Positions 56,978-64,000 of a stretch of 64,000 nt of DNA are shown here, piece by piece (positions within the stretch are counted from its first letter, which is position 1; each line of letters starts with the position of its first letter). The notes under the pieces were generated by a model. It did no database searches. It saw nothing but the letters and a program-made list of their open reading frames with translations, and was not told the DNA's origin. The stretch lies in NCBI GenBank assembly GCA_045578865.1, contig JAZNLB010000025.1, positions 9,841 through 73,840 on the forward strand, read 5' to 3'. A program made the translations under genes and the position numbers. This DNA is from Clostridia bacterium (GTDB lineage: Bacteria > Bacillota > Clostridia > UBA1381 > UMGS1253).

Positions 56978-57006
56978 GAATATTTTTCTGTTTGCCTGCT
57001 TATAAT
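56978..57006 (+). promoter_or_regulatory. candidate promoter for yaaL-bofA: GAATATT-N14-CTTATAAT (sigma-E-like; also readable as a sigma-A -10)
   Basis: The -35 matches the remembered sigma-E pattern kmATAtt. The -10 matches CATACAnT at 6 of 8 positions. Confidence 0.3.
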
Positions 57007-57035
57007 AGAACAGAAACTACGAAGGAGGAAACGCC

Positions 57036-57296
57036 ATGTCCAAAAAATCAGAGTCGAAAAAACAGCAAAAACGAAAAACCGAGGCACAACGCGAACTGCT
57101 TATGCAGATTAACCGTGCGAAATACGAATTGGAATGTGCCATGCAAAATTTTTCATATGCAACCGATCCGACGCTCGTAGATATGTATAGTTATCAAATT
57201 AAGGCTTGTCAAGCCAAATACCAGTATCTGATAGAACGCGCCAAGTCGGACAACCTTACTGATGCCGGCAGTCTGCTTGCGTTTTCTTTCTCATAA
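57036..57296 (+). CDS. yaaL: YaaL-family (DUF2508) protein
   Basis: It has a basic N-terminus and a helical region (YELECAMQNFSYATDPTLVDMYSYQIKA). It lies directly upstream of bofA, as in B. subtilis. Confidence 0.72.
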   Translation: MSKKSESKKQQKRKTEAQRELLMQINRAKYELECAMQNFSYATDPTLVDMYSYQIKACQAKYQYLIERAKSDNLTDAGSLLAFSFS

Positions 57297-57322
57297 TTCT
57301 TGTAAATACGGAGGTGTAGTGT

Positions 57323-57583
57323 ATGCAAGGCAGTACAATAGCAGCGGTATGTATATTGGCAGTTGCCATTTATTTCTTTGTGTTTTCTTTTTCAAAAACC
57401 TTTGGTTATATAGTGCGATTTTTGTTTCGAGCCGGTCTTGGAATGTGTGCATTGTCCGCCTTTAACCTGGTGGCGGTGTCTTACGGCATCTGCATCGGGT
57501 TAAATGTTTATACCTTCGGCTTTTGCGGCATACTTGGTCTGCCCGGATACATACTTTTGCTTGGCTTAAAACTTATTTGTTAA
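57323..57583 (+). CDS. bofA: pro-sigma-K processing inhibitor BofA
   Basis: The 86-aa two-TM protein has a Gly-rich C-terminal half (GLNVYTFGFCGILGLPGYILLLGL). Confidence 0.8.
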   Translation: MQGSTIAAVCILAVAIYFFVFSFSKTFGYIVRFLFRAGLGMCALSAFNLVAVSYGICIGLNVYTFGFCGILGLPGYILLLGLKLIC

Positions 57584-57854
57584 AACAGGATACCAATCTC
57601 AATACGATTTCTCGTTCGGACGGCGGCATTGTACTTATATCAACGCTATAGGTCGGATTTAACCCCAACAGATAGTCGGTGCTTATATTCAGGTAACGAG
57701 CCAACGCAACCAAACAAAGCACATTCGGATAGCCTTTGCCGAGTTCCCAGGCGTTTACGGCCGCTCTGGTAACACCTATTTCTTTTGCGAGCACACTTTG
57801 ACTGATGCCGAGGTCTGTGCGTAATTGTTTGAGTCTTTCTTTAAAATTTTCCAT
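57573..57854 (-). CDS. XRE-family helix-turn-helix transcriptional regulator
   Basis: LKQLRTDLGISQSVLAKEIGVTRAAVNAWELGKGYP is an HTH_3 pattern. The ATG at 57854 was chosen. The 3' end overlaps the bofA end convergently by 11 nt. Confidence 0.78.
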   Translation of the reverse strand: MENFKERLKQLRTDLGISQSVLAKEIGVTRAAVNAWELGKGYPNVLCLVALARYLNISTDYLLGLNPTYSVDISTMPPSEREIVLRLVSCFNK

Positions 57855-57959
57855 ATAAACACCCCATATATATAGATAACTAAACATAAAATGTAAACAA
57901 ACATTGACATAATTTCCTAAAAAAACTTGTGCTTGCACAAGCTTTTTTTCTATTTGGTT

Positions 57960-59027
57960 TTAAGAGTTTTGTTTTAATTTTTCGCTCTGGTCAGCCGTGT
58001 TGAGCGCATCAATAAGTTCGTCTAAATCACCGTCAAGCACAGCTTCGAGGCGATGCAGCGTTAAACCGATGCGATGGTCGGTTACACGGCCTTGCGGGAA
58101 GTTGTAGGTGCGGATGCGTTCGCTTCTGTCGCCGGTACCGACCTGACTTTTTCTATTTTGTGCGATTTCGGCATTTTGTTGTTCACACATTAAATCATAC
58201 AAACGAGAACGCAAAATTTTGAGCGCCTTATCTTTGTTTTTATGTTGCGATTTTTCATCCTGACAGGAAACGACCAATCCGGTAGGTAAGTGCGTAACGC
58301 GCACGGCAGAGTCGGTTGTATTTACGCACTGACCGCCAGGGCCGCCTGCGCGAAACACATCTATTCTCAAATCGTTTGGATTGATTTCAACCTCTACATC
58401 TTCCACTTCCGGAAGCACGGCAACCGTTACGGTTGAGGTATGAATTCTGCCACTTGATTCCGTGGAGGGTACGCGCTGTACGCGGTGTACACCACTTTCG
58501 AATTTCAAGCGACTGTATGCGCCTGCGCCTTCAATCATAAAGGATACTTCTTTGTAACCGCCGATGTCGGTTTCATTGGAGTTCATCATATCTACTTTCC
58601 ATCGCTTGGTTTCGGCATACATACTGTACATACGCAAAAGACTTCCTGCAAAAAGTGCCGCTTCATCACCGCCAGCACCGCCGCGGATTTCGATAATAAC
58701 ATTCTTTTCGTCGTTCGGGTCCTTCGGCAAAAGCAAAATTTTAAGTTCCTGCTCGCAAGCTTCTATGACTTTTTTAGCCTCTTCAATTTCTTCATGCAGC
58801 ATAACTTCCATTTCTTTATCGCTGGTGTCGGCTAAAAGCTCCGTAGCATCTAAGATTGTGACTTTTGCTTCCTTATATTCACGGTATTTTTCCACAATCG
58901 GGGAGATGTCAGAGTGTTCTTTGCAGTACTTGCGATAAGCATTGTTGTCAGCAATTATGGCAGGATCCATAATCTTTTTGCCCAGTTCTTCAAATTTTTC
59001 TTCAATAAAAGCAAGTTTGTCAAACAT
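57960..59027 (-). CDS. prfA: peptide chain release factor 1
   Basis: The GGQ motif ([16 protein letters not shown]) and an RF1-type PxT tripeptide (VPSTE) are present. Confidence 0.97.
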   Translation of the reverse strand: MFDKLAFIEEKFEELGKKIMDPAIIADNNAYRKYCKEHSDISPIVEKYREYKEAKVTILDATELLADTSDKEMEVMLHEEIEEAKKVIEACEQELKILLLPKDPNDEKNVIIEIRGGAGGDEAALFAGSLLRMYSMYAETKRWKVDMMNSNETDIGGYKEVSFMIEGAGAYSRLKFESGVHRVQRVPSTESSGRIHTSTVTVAVLPEVEDVEVEINPNDLRIDVFRAGGPGGQCVNTTDSAVRVTHLPTGLVVSCQDEKSQHKNKDKALKILRSRLYDLMCEQQNAEIAQNRKSQVGTGDRSERIRTYNFPQGRVTDHRIGLTLHRLEAVLDGDLDELIDALNTADQSEKLKQNS

Positions 59028-59047
59028 ATAATACTCCTAAAAAGCCA

Positions 59048-60145
59048 TTAAATATATTCACGCATTACAGATGCATCTATTAAAATCGGATTGCATTGTA
59101 AAACGACTCTGTCGCCAATGTCGCCTTCTACATCGGTGATGTCAGCGATAATGTTAAACATACTGATTCTGCCCAACACACGACAGGGCTTTCCGTTTAC
59201 ATGCACATATACGGCATTGTCTTTAAACAGAGATTTTACATTTGCGAGCGTATAGCGCAAGATATCGGAAAAACGGAAGGTGTCATTTGTTTTGCTGACG
59301 CCGAAGCCGTCCATATATCCCACGGGAATGATACCGATTTTTGTAGGCCGTTTGGTTGTATAAGTGTTGGCATAGCCGACATTAAACCCTTTCGGCAACC
59401 ATTTGGCTTCACAGATTCGACTTTCCAAATACGCAATTTTGTGTAAATTTACTTTTGCGGGCATCGGTAATCTGCCTAAAAACGCAGAGCCGACGCGTAC
59501 AGCATCTAAGTGATACTGCGAAAAGCGCAGAAAACCGCAGGAATTGCAGATGTGGCGAAGTCCGGGATTTAAGCCGTTTTCTTTTAGTGTGTTTACGGCT
59601 TGCATAAAGCGCTTAAACTGCAATTCGGAATTTTTTGCACCGCCGAAGGCATCGGACAAATGTGTAAATGTGCCGGTGATTTCAACAAATTCCAAAGAAT
59701 TTAGGTTTAAGGCTGCATCAGCGGCATCGGTATAGAGAAAACCGAATCTGCCAAAGCCCGTATCAATGGCAAGATGTGCTTTGGCTTTTTTGCCTAAACG
59801 CTCTGCGGCAATATCTAATACCGAGCAAGAATCGTAAGAACCGACTGCACATGTAATGTTAAGTTCAATCGCCTCGGTAGCTTCTTCTAAATCACAGGTC
59901 GGAGAGAGGAGCAGGATTTCACTTGTAATGCCGGATTCGCGCAATGCACGCGCTTCTTCTAATTGGCACACACAAAACGCATCCACACCTTGACCGGCAA
60001 GAATGTGTGCAAAAGCACACAGACCAAGGCCGTAGCCGTTCCCTTTAAGCATTGCCATTAAATGCGTGTTGGTTTTTTTAGCCTCTGCTTGCAGGGTGTT
60101 TATGTTTTCAATCAACTTCTCTTTTTCAACGACCAGTTTTTTCAT
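59048..60145 (-). CDS. alanine racemase-family PLP enzyme (substrate not assignable)
   Basis: The PLP-Lys motif AMLKGNGYGLG (compare VKANAYGHG) and C-domain GYANTYTT...PVGYMDGF are present. Confidence 0.78.
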   Translation of the reverse strand: MKKLVVEKEKLIENINTLQAEAKKTNTHLMAMLKGNGYGLGLCAFAHILAGQGVDAFCVCQLEEARALRESGITSEILLLSPTCDLEEATEAIELNITCAVGSYDSCSVLDIAAERLGKKAKAHLAIDTGFGRFGFLYTDAADAALNLNSLEFVEITGTFTHLSDAFGGAKNSELQFKRFMQAVNTLKENGLNPGLRHICNSCGFLRFSQYHLDAVRVGSAFLGRLPMPAKVNLHKIAYLESRICEAKWLPKGFNVGYANTYTTKRPTKIGIIPVGYMDGFGVSKTNDTFRFSDILRYTLANVKSLFKDNAVYVHVNGKPCRVLGRISMFNIIADITDVEGDIGDRVVLQCNPILIDASVMREYI

Positions 60146-60148
60146 AAA

Positions 60149-61288
60149 TTATTCCTTTGTTTTCTTTTCTTCTGCAGTTTTTGTTGACGGCAGAAAATCT
60201 TTGTTTTTGCGTAAAAATAATCTTCTTCTTAGCTCGCGGTAGGTGCGTTCGCCCTTTTCGATAAAGAAATACATAAACGGATTAAATACATAGTCGAGTG
60301 CGCCGACAAATTCCACCAAGCCGCCGCCTTTTTTCTGGTCTTCTTCGTTGATAAAACCAATCTTAAAACGAAGCAAGCCTGCCAGTTGGTTGCCCTTGTT
60401 TAAATCGCCGGATACACCGCGAAAGTCGTATACATCGCAGTTGTTTTCCACAGCCCATTTCATCATTTCATACTGCATCAAATAGTTCGGCATCATATTT
60501 CTGTATTCGTTGGAGCTTGCGCCGTATAAATACCATACTTTGTTGCCGTACAAAATCGCAATCGCGCCGGACACCAAAACATCGTTATAGTATATGAGAT
60601 ACAGGCGAAGTGCGTCACCCATTTCGTCATACATTTTTTCAAAATATTCCAAGGAACGCGGCAAAAATCCGTCACGCACGCCGGTAACCATCATCACCTC
60701 GTGAAACGCCTTTAAATCTTCGCGGGTACCGATTTTTGCGTAGCAGCCTTTTCGCAGCGCTACACGAACATTATAACGGGTTTTGCTTTCAAAACTCATA
60801 ATGAGTTTGTCGTTGCCGTCTGCATCTGTGCCGTTGAGACCTGCAACATCCTTGCGGACTACAAATCTTGGTTGTACACCCTCAAAGTTTTTCGATTTAT
60901 TGAAACGGAATTTCAAATCCTTCATGATTTTGCAGAATTTTTCGTCCGAGGCTTCAACATCCGGGTCGATTTTAAGTACATAACTTTTGTGCTTTTTTGC
61001 AAGTTCGCGCGCACCGTCTACCAATTCTTTTATGGTCTTGGCATCATAACGATCGCATACAGGTCCGCGTGGCGCATACATAATTGTAAGCGGGAAGAAG
61101 GGAATTTTGCGGATGAGAAGCGACATGGAGCCTTTGATGGTGCCGTCTTCATTTTCTGCGATGAGAATTTCGTTTTTCCACATATCTTTTACTTTTGCCC
61201 ATGCCACGGATTGCAGGAAGTGACCTTCCTTGCGGCTCTGCAAAAATGCTTCGTATTCCTCATATCTTTCAGGTGTAAGCAGTTTCAT
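60149..61288 (-). CDS. FemAB/MurM-family aminoacyl-tRNA-dependent peptidoglycan branch transferase
   Basis: FLQSVAWAKVK and YAPRGPV are present, and the size and GNAT-like duplication are typical of FemX/MurM. The stop is 3 nt before the racemase start. Confidence 0.78.
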   Translation of the reverse strand: MKLLTPERYEEYEAFLQSRKEGHFLQSVAWAKVKDMWKNEILIAENEDGTIKGSMSLLIRKIPFFPLTIMYAPRGPVCDRYDAKTIKELVDGARELAKKHKSYVLKIDPDVEASDEKFCKIMKDLKFRFNKSKNFEGVQPRFVVRKDVAGLNGTDADGNDKLIMSFESKTRYNVRVALRKGCYAKIGTREDLKAFHEVMMVTGVRDGFLPRSLEYFEKMYDEMGDALRLYLIYYNDVLVSGAIAILYGNKVWYLYGASSNEYRNMMPNYLMQYEMMKWAVENNCDVYDFRGVSGDLNKGNQLAGLLRFKIGFINEEDQKKGGGLVEFVGALDYVFNPFMYFFIEKGERTYRELRRRLFLRKNKDFLPSTKTAEEKKTKE

Positions 61289-61337
61289 ATCTATCCTCCG
61301 TAATTGCGTTAATTTACAATTCTATACAAACATACTT

Positions 61338-61366
61338 ATATTATAACAAAAAATGCCCACTGTCAA
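61338..61366 (-). promoter_or_regulatory. sigma-A promoter for the FemAB-racemase(-prfA) unit (TTGACA-N17-TAATAT, overlapping TGtTATAAT)
   Basis: Read directly on the minus strand. Confidence 0.6.
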
Positions 61367-61515
61367 TCCTTTCTTATGTATAGTTTCGTATACATTTGCA
61401 TATTAAAATGCGCCGAATTCGCTTGCTATATTGCAAATAGATTTATAGATGCTAATCTTAAAGCCCGTGAAGTTGTATTTTGAAAATTACGAAACGGTTT
61501 CGTTTGATGCGCTTG

Positions 61516-61559
61516 AAAAGCAATACGCCCTAACTGCATAGCTAGGGCGTATTGCTTTT
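61516..61559 (-). terminator. long perfect hairpin terminator at the end of the AI-2E transporter gene
   Basis: The stem is aaaagcaatacgcccta / tagggcgtattgctttt (17 bp). Confidence 0.85.
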
Positions 61560-62748
61560 ATTGAGTAATTTCGTTTTGTGATTCTTCGGGTAAGAGTTCG
61601 TCTTTGGGTTTAGAGGGCGGCGACAATCTTTCGGCTACGCTTTCTTTTAAAAGTGCATATGCGACGGATGCAATCGGTACGGCAAGCACCATGCCGAGCA
61701 TGCCAAAGATGCTGCCGCCGATTAAGATTGACAAAAGCACCCAGATTGCAGGCAGGCCGATAGAATCGCCGACAACAAACGGGTAGATAAAGTTGCTTTC
61801 GATTTGCTGAATGACGATCGCCATAATTAAAAATACAAGCGCACTTGCGGGATGAATCATCAACAGAATGAATGCACACGGGATGGTTGCAATGATCGGA
61901 CCAAACATCGGAATTAAACCGCCAATGGCCATAATCACGGCTAAAAGCAGTGCATAAGGCATTTTAAAGATACTTGCCGCAATAAAATACATCACACCTA
62001 AGATGAGAGACTCGGTTATTTGTCCTACAATAAAATTTTTAAAGATGGAATGCGACTTTTCTGCGATATACGCAATGCGCGCCGTGTGCTTTTTTCCGCA
62101 GTAGGCAAGTAATGTACGCTTTATACTGTTAAAAATTTTTTCTTTGCCGAACAACATATATAACGCAAAAAAGATACCCATCAAAAAATTAAACAGACCG
62201 CTTGTAAGTCCGATGGCAAAGGTGGCAACCTGTGGTGTAATGCCTGTTACAAGGTCGCTTATATAGCCGATGACGGCCTGCCAGTCCAAACGGAATAAAA
62301 GACCATTCATAGAGATGTCAAATCTTCCTAACAGTTGGTTTATGGTGCGCTGCAGACCTGTAAGGTAATACGGCATGTTGGTGGCCAGTGTCCGTGCGCT
62401 TTCACGCAACTGCGGCACAATCAGCAACATTAAAAGCGTAATGCAAAGACCGAGCAGCAAAATTGCCAGTATCACACAGACCGCGCGTTTAATCTTGCAC
62501 CAGAATTTAAATCTGGTCAGTTTGTAAAACAGTCGGTTTTCAAGCGCGTTTACAACAATGCCGATTAAAAAAGCCAGAAACAGACCGATGATGAACGGAC
62601 TGAAAATTTGTATCAGCCAGGTTACAGCGGCGACAACGGTTTTGAAATTCAAAAGTGCAAAGGTGGTTGCCGTCGCGGCGACAACCAGCCAGATTGCCTG
62701 AAAAAATGATATATTTTTTTTGAGTCCTTTTTTCTTTTGGTTTTGCAT
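61558..62748 (-). CDS. AI-2E family (PerM/YdiK-like) transporter
   Basis: The 396-aa product has about 8 TM. The conserved C-terminal region is GGLIPMFGPIIATIP...FIYPFVVG. Confidence 0.85.
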   Translation of the reverse strand: MQNQKKKGLKKNISFFQAIWLVVAATATTFALLNFKTVVAAVTWLIQIFSPFIIGLFLAFLIGIVVNALENRLFYKLTRFKFWCKIKRAVCVILAILLLGLCITLLMLLIVPQLRESARTLATNMPYYLTGLQRTINQLLGRFDISMNGLLFRLDWQAVIGYISDLVTGITPQVATFAIGLTSGLFNFLMGIFFALYMLFGKEKIFNSIKRTLLAYCGKKHTARIAYIAEKSHSIFKNFIVGQITESLILGVMYFIAASIFKMPYALLLAVIMAIGGLIPMFGPIIATIPCAFILLMIHPASALVFLIMAIVIQQIESNFIYPFVVGDSIGLPAIWVLLSILIGGSIFGMLGMVLAVPIASVAYALLKESVAERLSPPSKPKDELLPEESQNEITQ

Positions 62749-62868
62749 GGTATGCCTCCAAAAAACATATTCTAACCTAATTTTACCATATACAAAACAA
62801 AAAAACTACCCCATAAAAAAGATTTACAAAAAATTTTCATTTCGGGTATGGTAAATCGGATTTAAAGA

Positions 62869-62877
62869 TGGTATAAT
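62869..62877 (+). promoter_or_regulatory. extended -10 (TGgTATAAT) upstream of secA
   Basis: Read directly from the sequence. Confidence 0.45.
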
Positions 62878-62915
62878 AATATCAGTATATTATGGCTGAA
62901 AGAAGGACTTGCACC

Positions 62916-64000
62916 ATGAGTTTGTTGGAAAAAATATTCGGTAACTATTCCGATAAAGAATTAAAGCGTATTAAACCGATTGCAAATCGGGTTATGGAGC
63001 TTGAGGATGAGATGTCGGCTTTAAGCGATGCGGCTTTAAAAGCAAAGACGCAGGAGTTTCGTGAGCGATTGCAGATGGGTGAAACCTTGGAGGAACTTAT
63101 GCCAGAGGCGTTTGCTGTTGTGCGTGAGGCTGCATGGCGTGTGCTTTCTATGAAACACTTTTATGTGCAGGTACTCGGCGGTATTATTTTGCACCAGGGC
63201 AGAATTGCCGAAATGAAAACCGGTGAAGGCAAGACGCTTGTCTCGACCTTGCCGGCCTATTTAAATGCGCTTTCCGGCAAAGGTGTGCATATTGTAACGG
63301 TCAATGATTATCTTGCTAAGCGTGACAGTGAGTGGATGGGAAAGGTGTTTCGTTTCCTCGGTCTTACTGTTGGACTGATTGTGCACGATTTGGACAATAA
63401 TGCACGCCAGGCGGCATACAATGCCGACATTACTTATGCAACAAACAACGAACTCGGCTTTGATTATCTGCGCGATAACATGGTTATTTTTAAAGGGGAT
63501 ATGACACAGCGCGGTCAACACTATGCAATCGTCGATGAGGTGGACTCTATTTTAATTGACGAAGCAAGAACACCGCTCATCATTTCCGGCGTAAGTGGCA
63601 AGTCGACACAACTTTATCAGATTGCCGACCAGTTTGCACGCACCCTCAAGGTGTTGGTTATAAAGGAAACTGACAAAAAATCCAACGCACTCGATGATAC
63701 CGATGCGGATTATATTGTTGACGAAAAAGCAAAGACTGCTACGCTGACACAAAAGGGTGTGGCGAAGGCGGAGAAATTCTTTGGTATAGAGAATTTGTCA
63801 GACCCGAATCATATGCAGATTAATCATCACATAAACCAAGCCATTAAAGCGCACGGTACCATGAAACGCGACCGCGAATATGTAGTGCAGGGCGGTCAGG
63901 TGGTTATTGTGGATGAGTTTACGGGGCGTATTATGCCAGGCAGGCGTTATTCCGATGGATTGCATCAGGCGATTGAAGCAAAGGAAAAAGTAAAGGTAGA
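62916..64000 (+). CDS. secA: preprotein translocase ATPase SecA, N-terminal part (continues past the window end)
   Basis: This frame is open to the window edge. [19 protein letters not shown]..., Walker [10 protein letters not shown] and the DEAD-like [21 protein letters not shown] are present. Confidence 0.96.
   Translation, partial: MSLLEKIFGNYSDKELKRIKPIANRVMELEDEMSALSDAALKAKTQEFRERLQMGETLEELMPEAFAVVREAAWRVLSMKHFYVQVLGGIILHQGRIAEMKTGEGKTLVSTLPAYLNALSGKGVHIVTVNDYLAKRDSEWMGKVFRFLGLTVGLIVHDLDNNARQAAYNADITYATNNELGFDYLRDNMVIFKGDMTQRGQHYAIVDEVDSILIDEARTPLIISGVSGKSTQLYQIADQFARTLKVLVIKETDKKSNALDDTDADYIVDEKAKTATLTQKGVAKAEKFFGIENLSDPNHMQINHHINQAIKAHGTMKRDREYVVQGGQVVIVDEFTGRIMPGRRYSDGLHQAIEAKEKVKV

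Noticed and set aside
57960-59027. Checked the release factor gene for a programmed +1 frameshift site.
   Set aside because: The gene is RF1 (PST tripeptide, single uninterrupted frame). The autoregulatory frameshift is a feature of prfB (RF2), not prfA.
61489-61503. Perfect 7-1-7 palindrome ACGAAACGGTTTCGT, superficially LexA-box-like (CGAAC...GTTCG).
   Set aside because: The spacing and half-sites (GAAAC/GTTTC, 13-nt core) do not fit the 14-nt CGAAC-N4-GTTCG operator. It lies just downstream of the AI-2E terminator, followed by a T-rich stretch, so a secondary terminator hairpin is the simpler reading.
1-64000. Search for CRISPR arrays, IS elements or transposases, integrases, prophage genes, restriction-modification, toxin-antitoxin or other defence modules, and rRNA.
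   Set aside because: No regularly spaced repeat-spacer array, no terminal inverted repeats, and no recognisable transposase, integrase or defence protein motifs appear in any long ORF. Gene content is contiguous core and sporulation functions. The two tRNAs are solitary, with their own promoters or terminators and no adjacent integrase.

Overview
The window looks like core chromosome of an endospore-forming Firmicute of the class Clostridia, at roughly mid-40s %GC by eye. About 72 tightly packed protein genes and 2 tRNAs are called, and almost all are recognisable housekeeping or sporulation functions. From 5' to 3' these are: aroQ(3' end)-pepP-efp; tRNA-Arg; yybS-gdpP-rplI-dnaB; tilS-hpt-ftsH; rplS-lepB-rbgA; mtaB; an SLH wall protein; a PucR-type regulator followed by ftsE-ftsX, an M23 peptidase and an S41 protease; ylxM-ffh-rpsP-KH; a minus-strand block with an atypical Clp ATPase, sigG-sigE-spoIIGA and a LUD protein; nfnAB-like genes; tRNA-Leu; rsuA and mscL; rimM-trmD; a ttcA-like gene; then a long minus-strand run (exonuclease, recA, cinA, thiI, nifS, rho, cvpA, a DUF-like membrane protein, truA, ecfT, ecfA2, ecfA1, a methyltransferase, spo0A); yaaL-bofA; an XRE regulator; prfA; a racemase with a FemAB transferase; an AI-2E transporter; and the 5' part of secA. 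I saw no transposase, integrase, phage genes, CRISPR array, restriction or toxin modules, or rRNA, so I do not think a mobile or defence island is present. I found no convincing novel multi-gene system. The items worth a second look are single genes or short non-coding elements: (1) an Asp/Cys-rich zinc-ribbon protein encoded on in-frame GATTGC hexanucleotide tracts downstream of efp; (2) a double-AAA+ Clp ATPase whose N-domain is replaced by a ClpX-like C4 zinc finger, co-transcribed with an Fe-S flavoprotein next to the sporulation sigma cluster; (3) a recA operon with a good LexA box that carries a DEDDh exonuclease with a zinc-ribbon-like basic tail; (4) iteron-like direct repeats plus an orphan extended -10 promoter and terminator in a convergent gap, a candidate sRNA; (5) an orphan HprK-like P-loop protein translationally coupled to an SLH protein, and a His15-less HPr-like protein 4 kb away; (6) a repeat- and palindrome-rich leader in front of the PucR-ftsEX-M23-S41 cluster; (7) an unannotated 47-aa ORF after sigG; (8) a racemase-FemAB pair. 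All functional calls rest on my reading of translated motifs and remembered family signatures. No database search was run.
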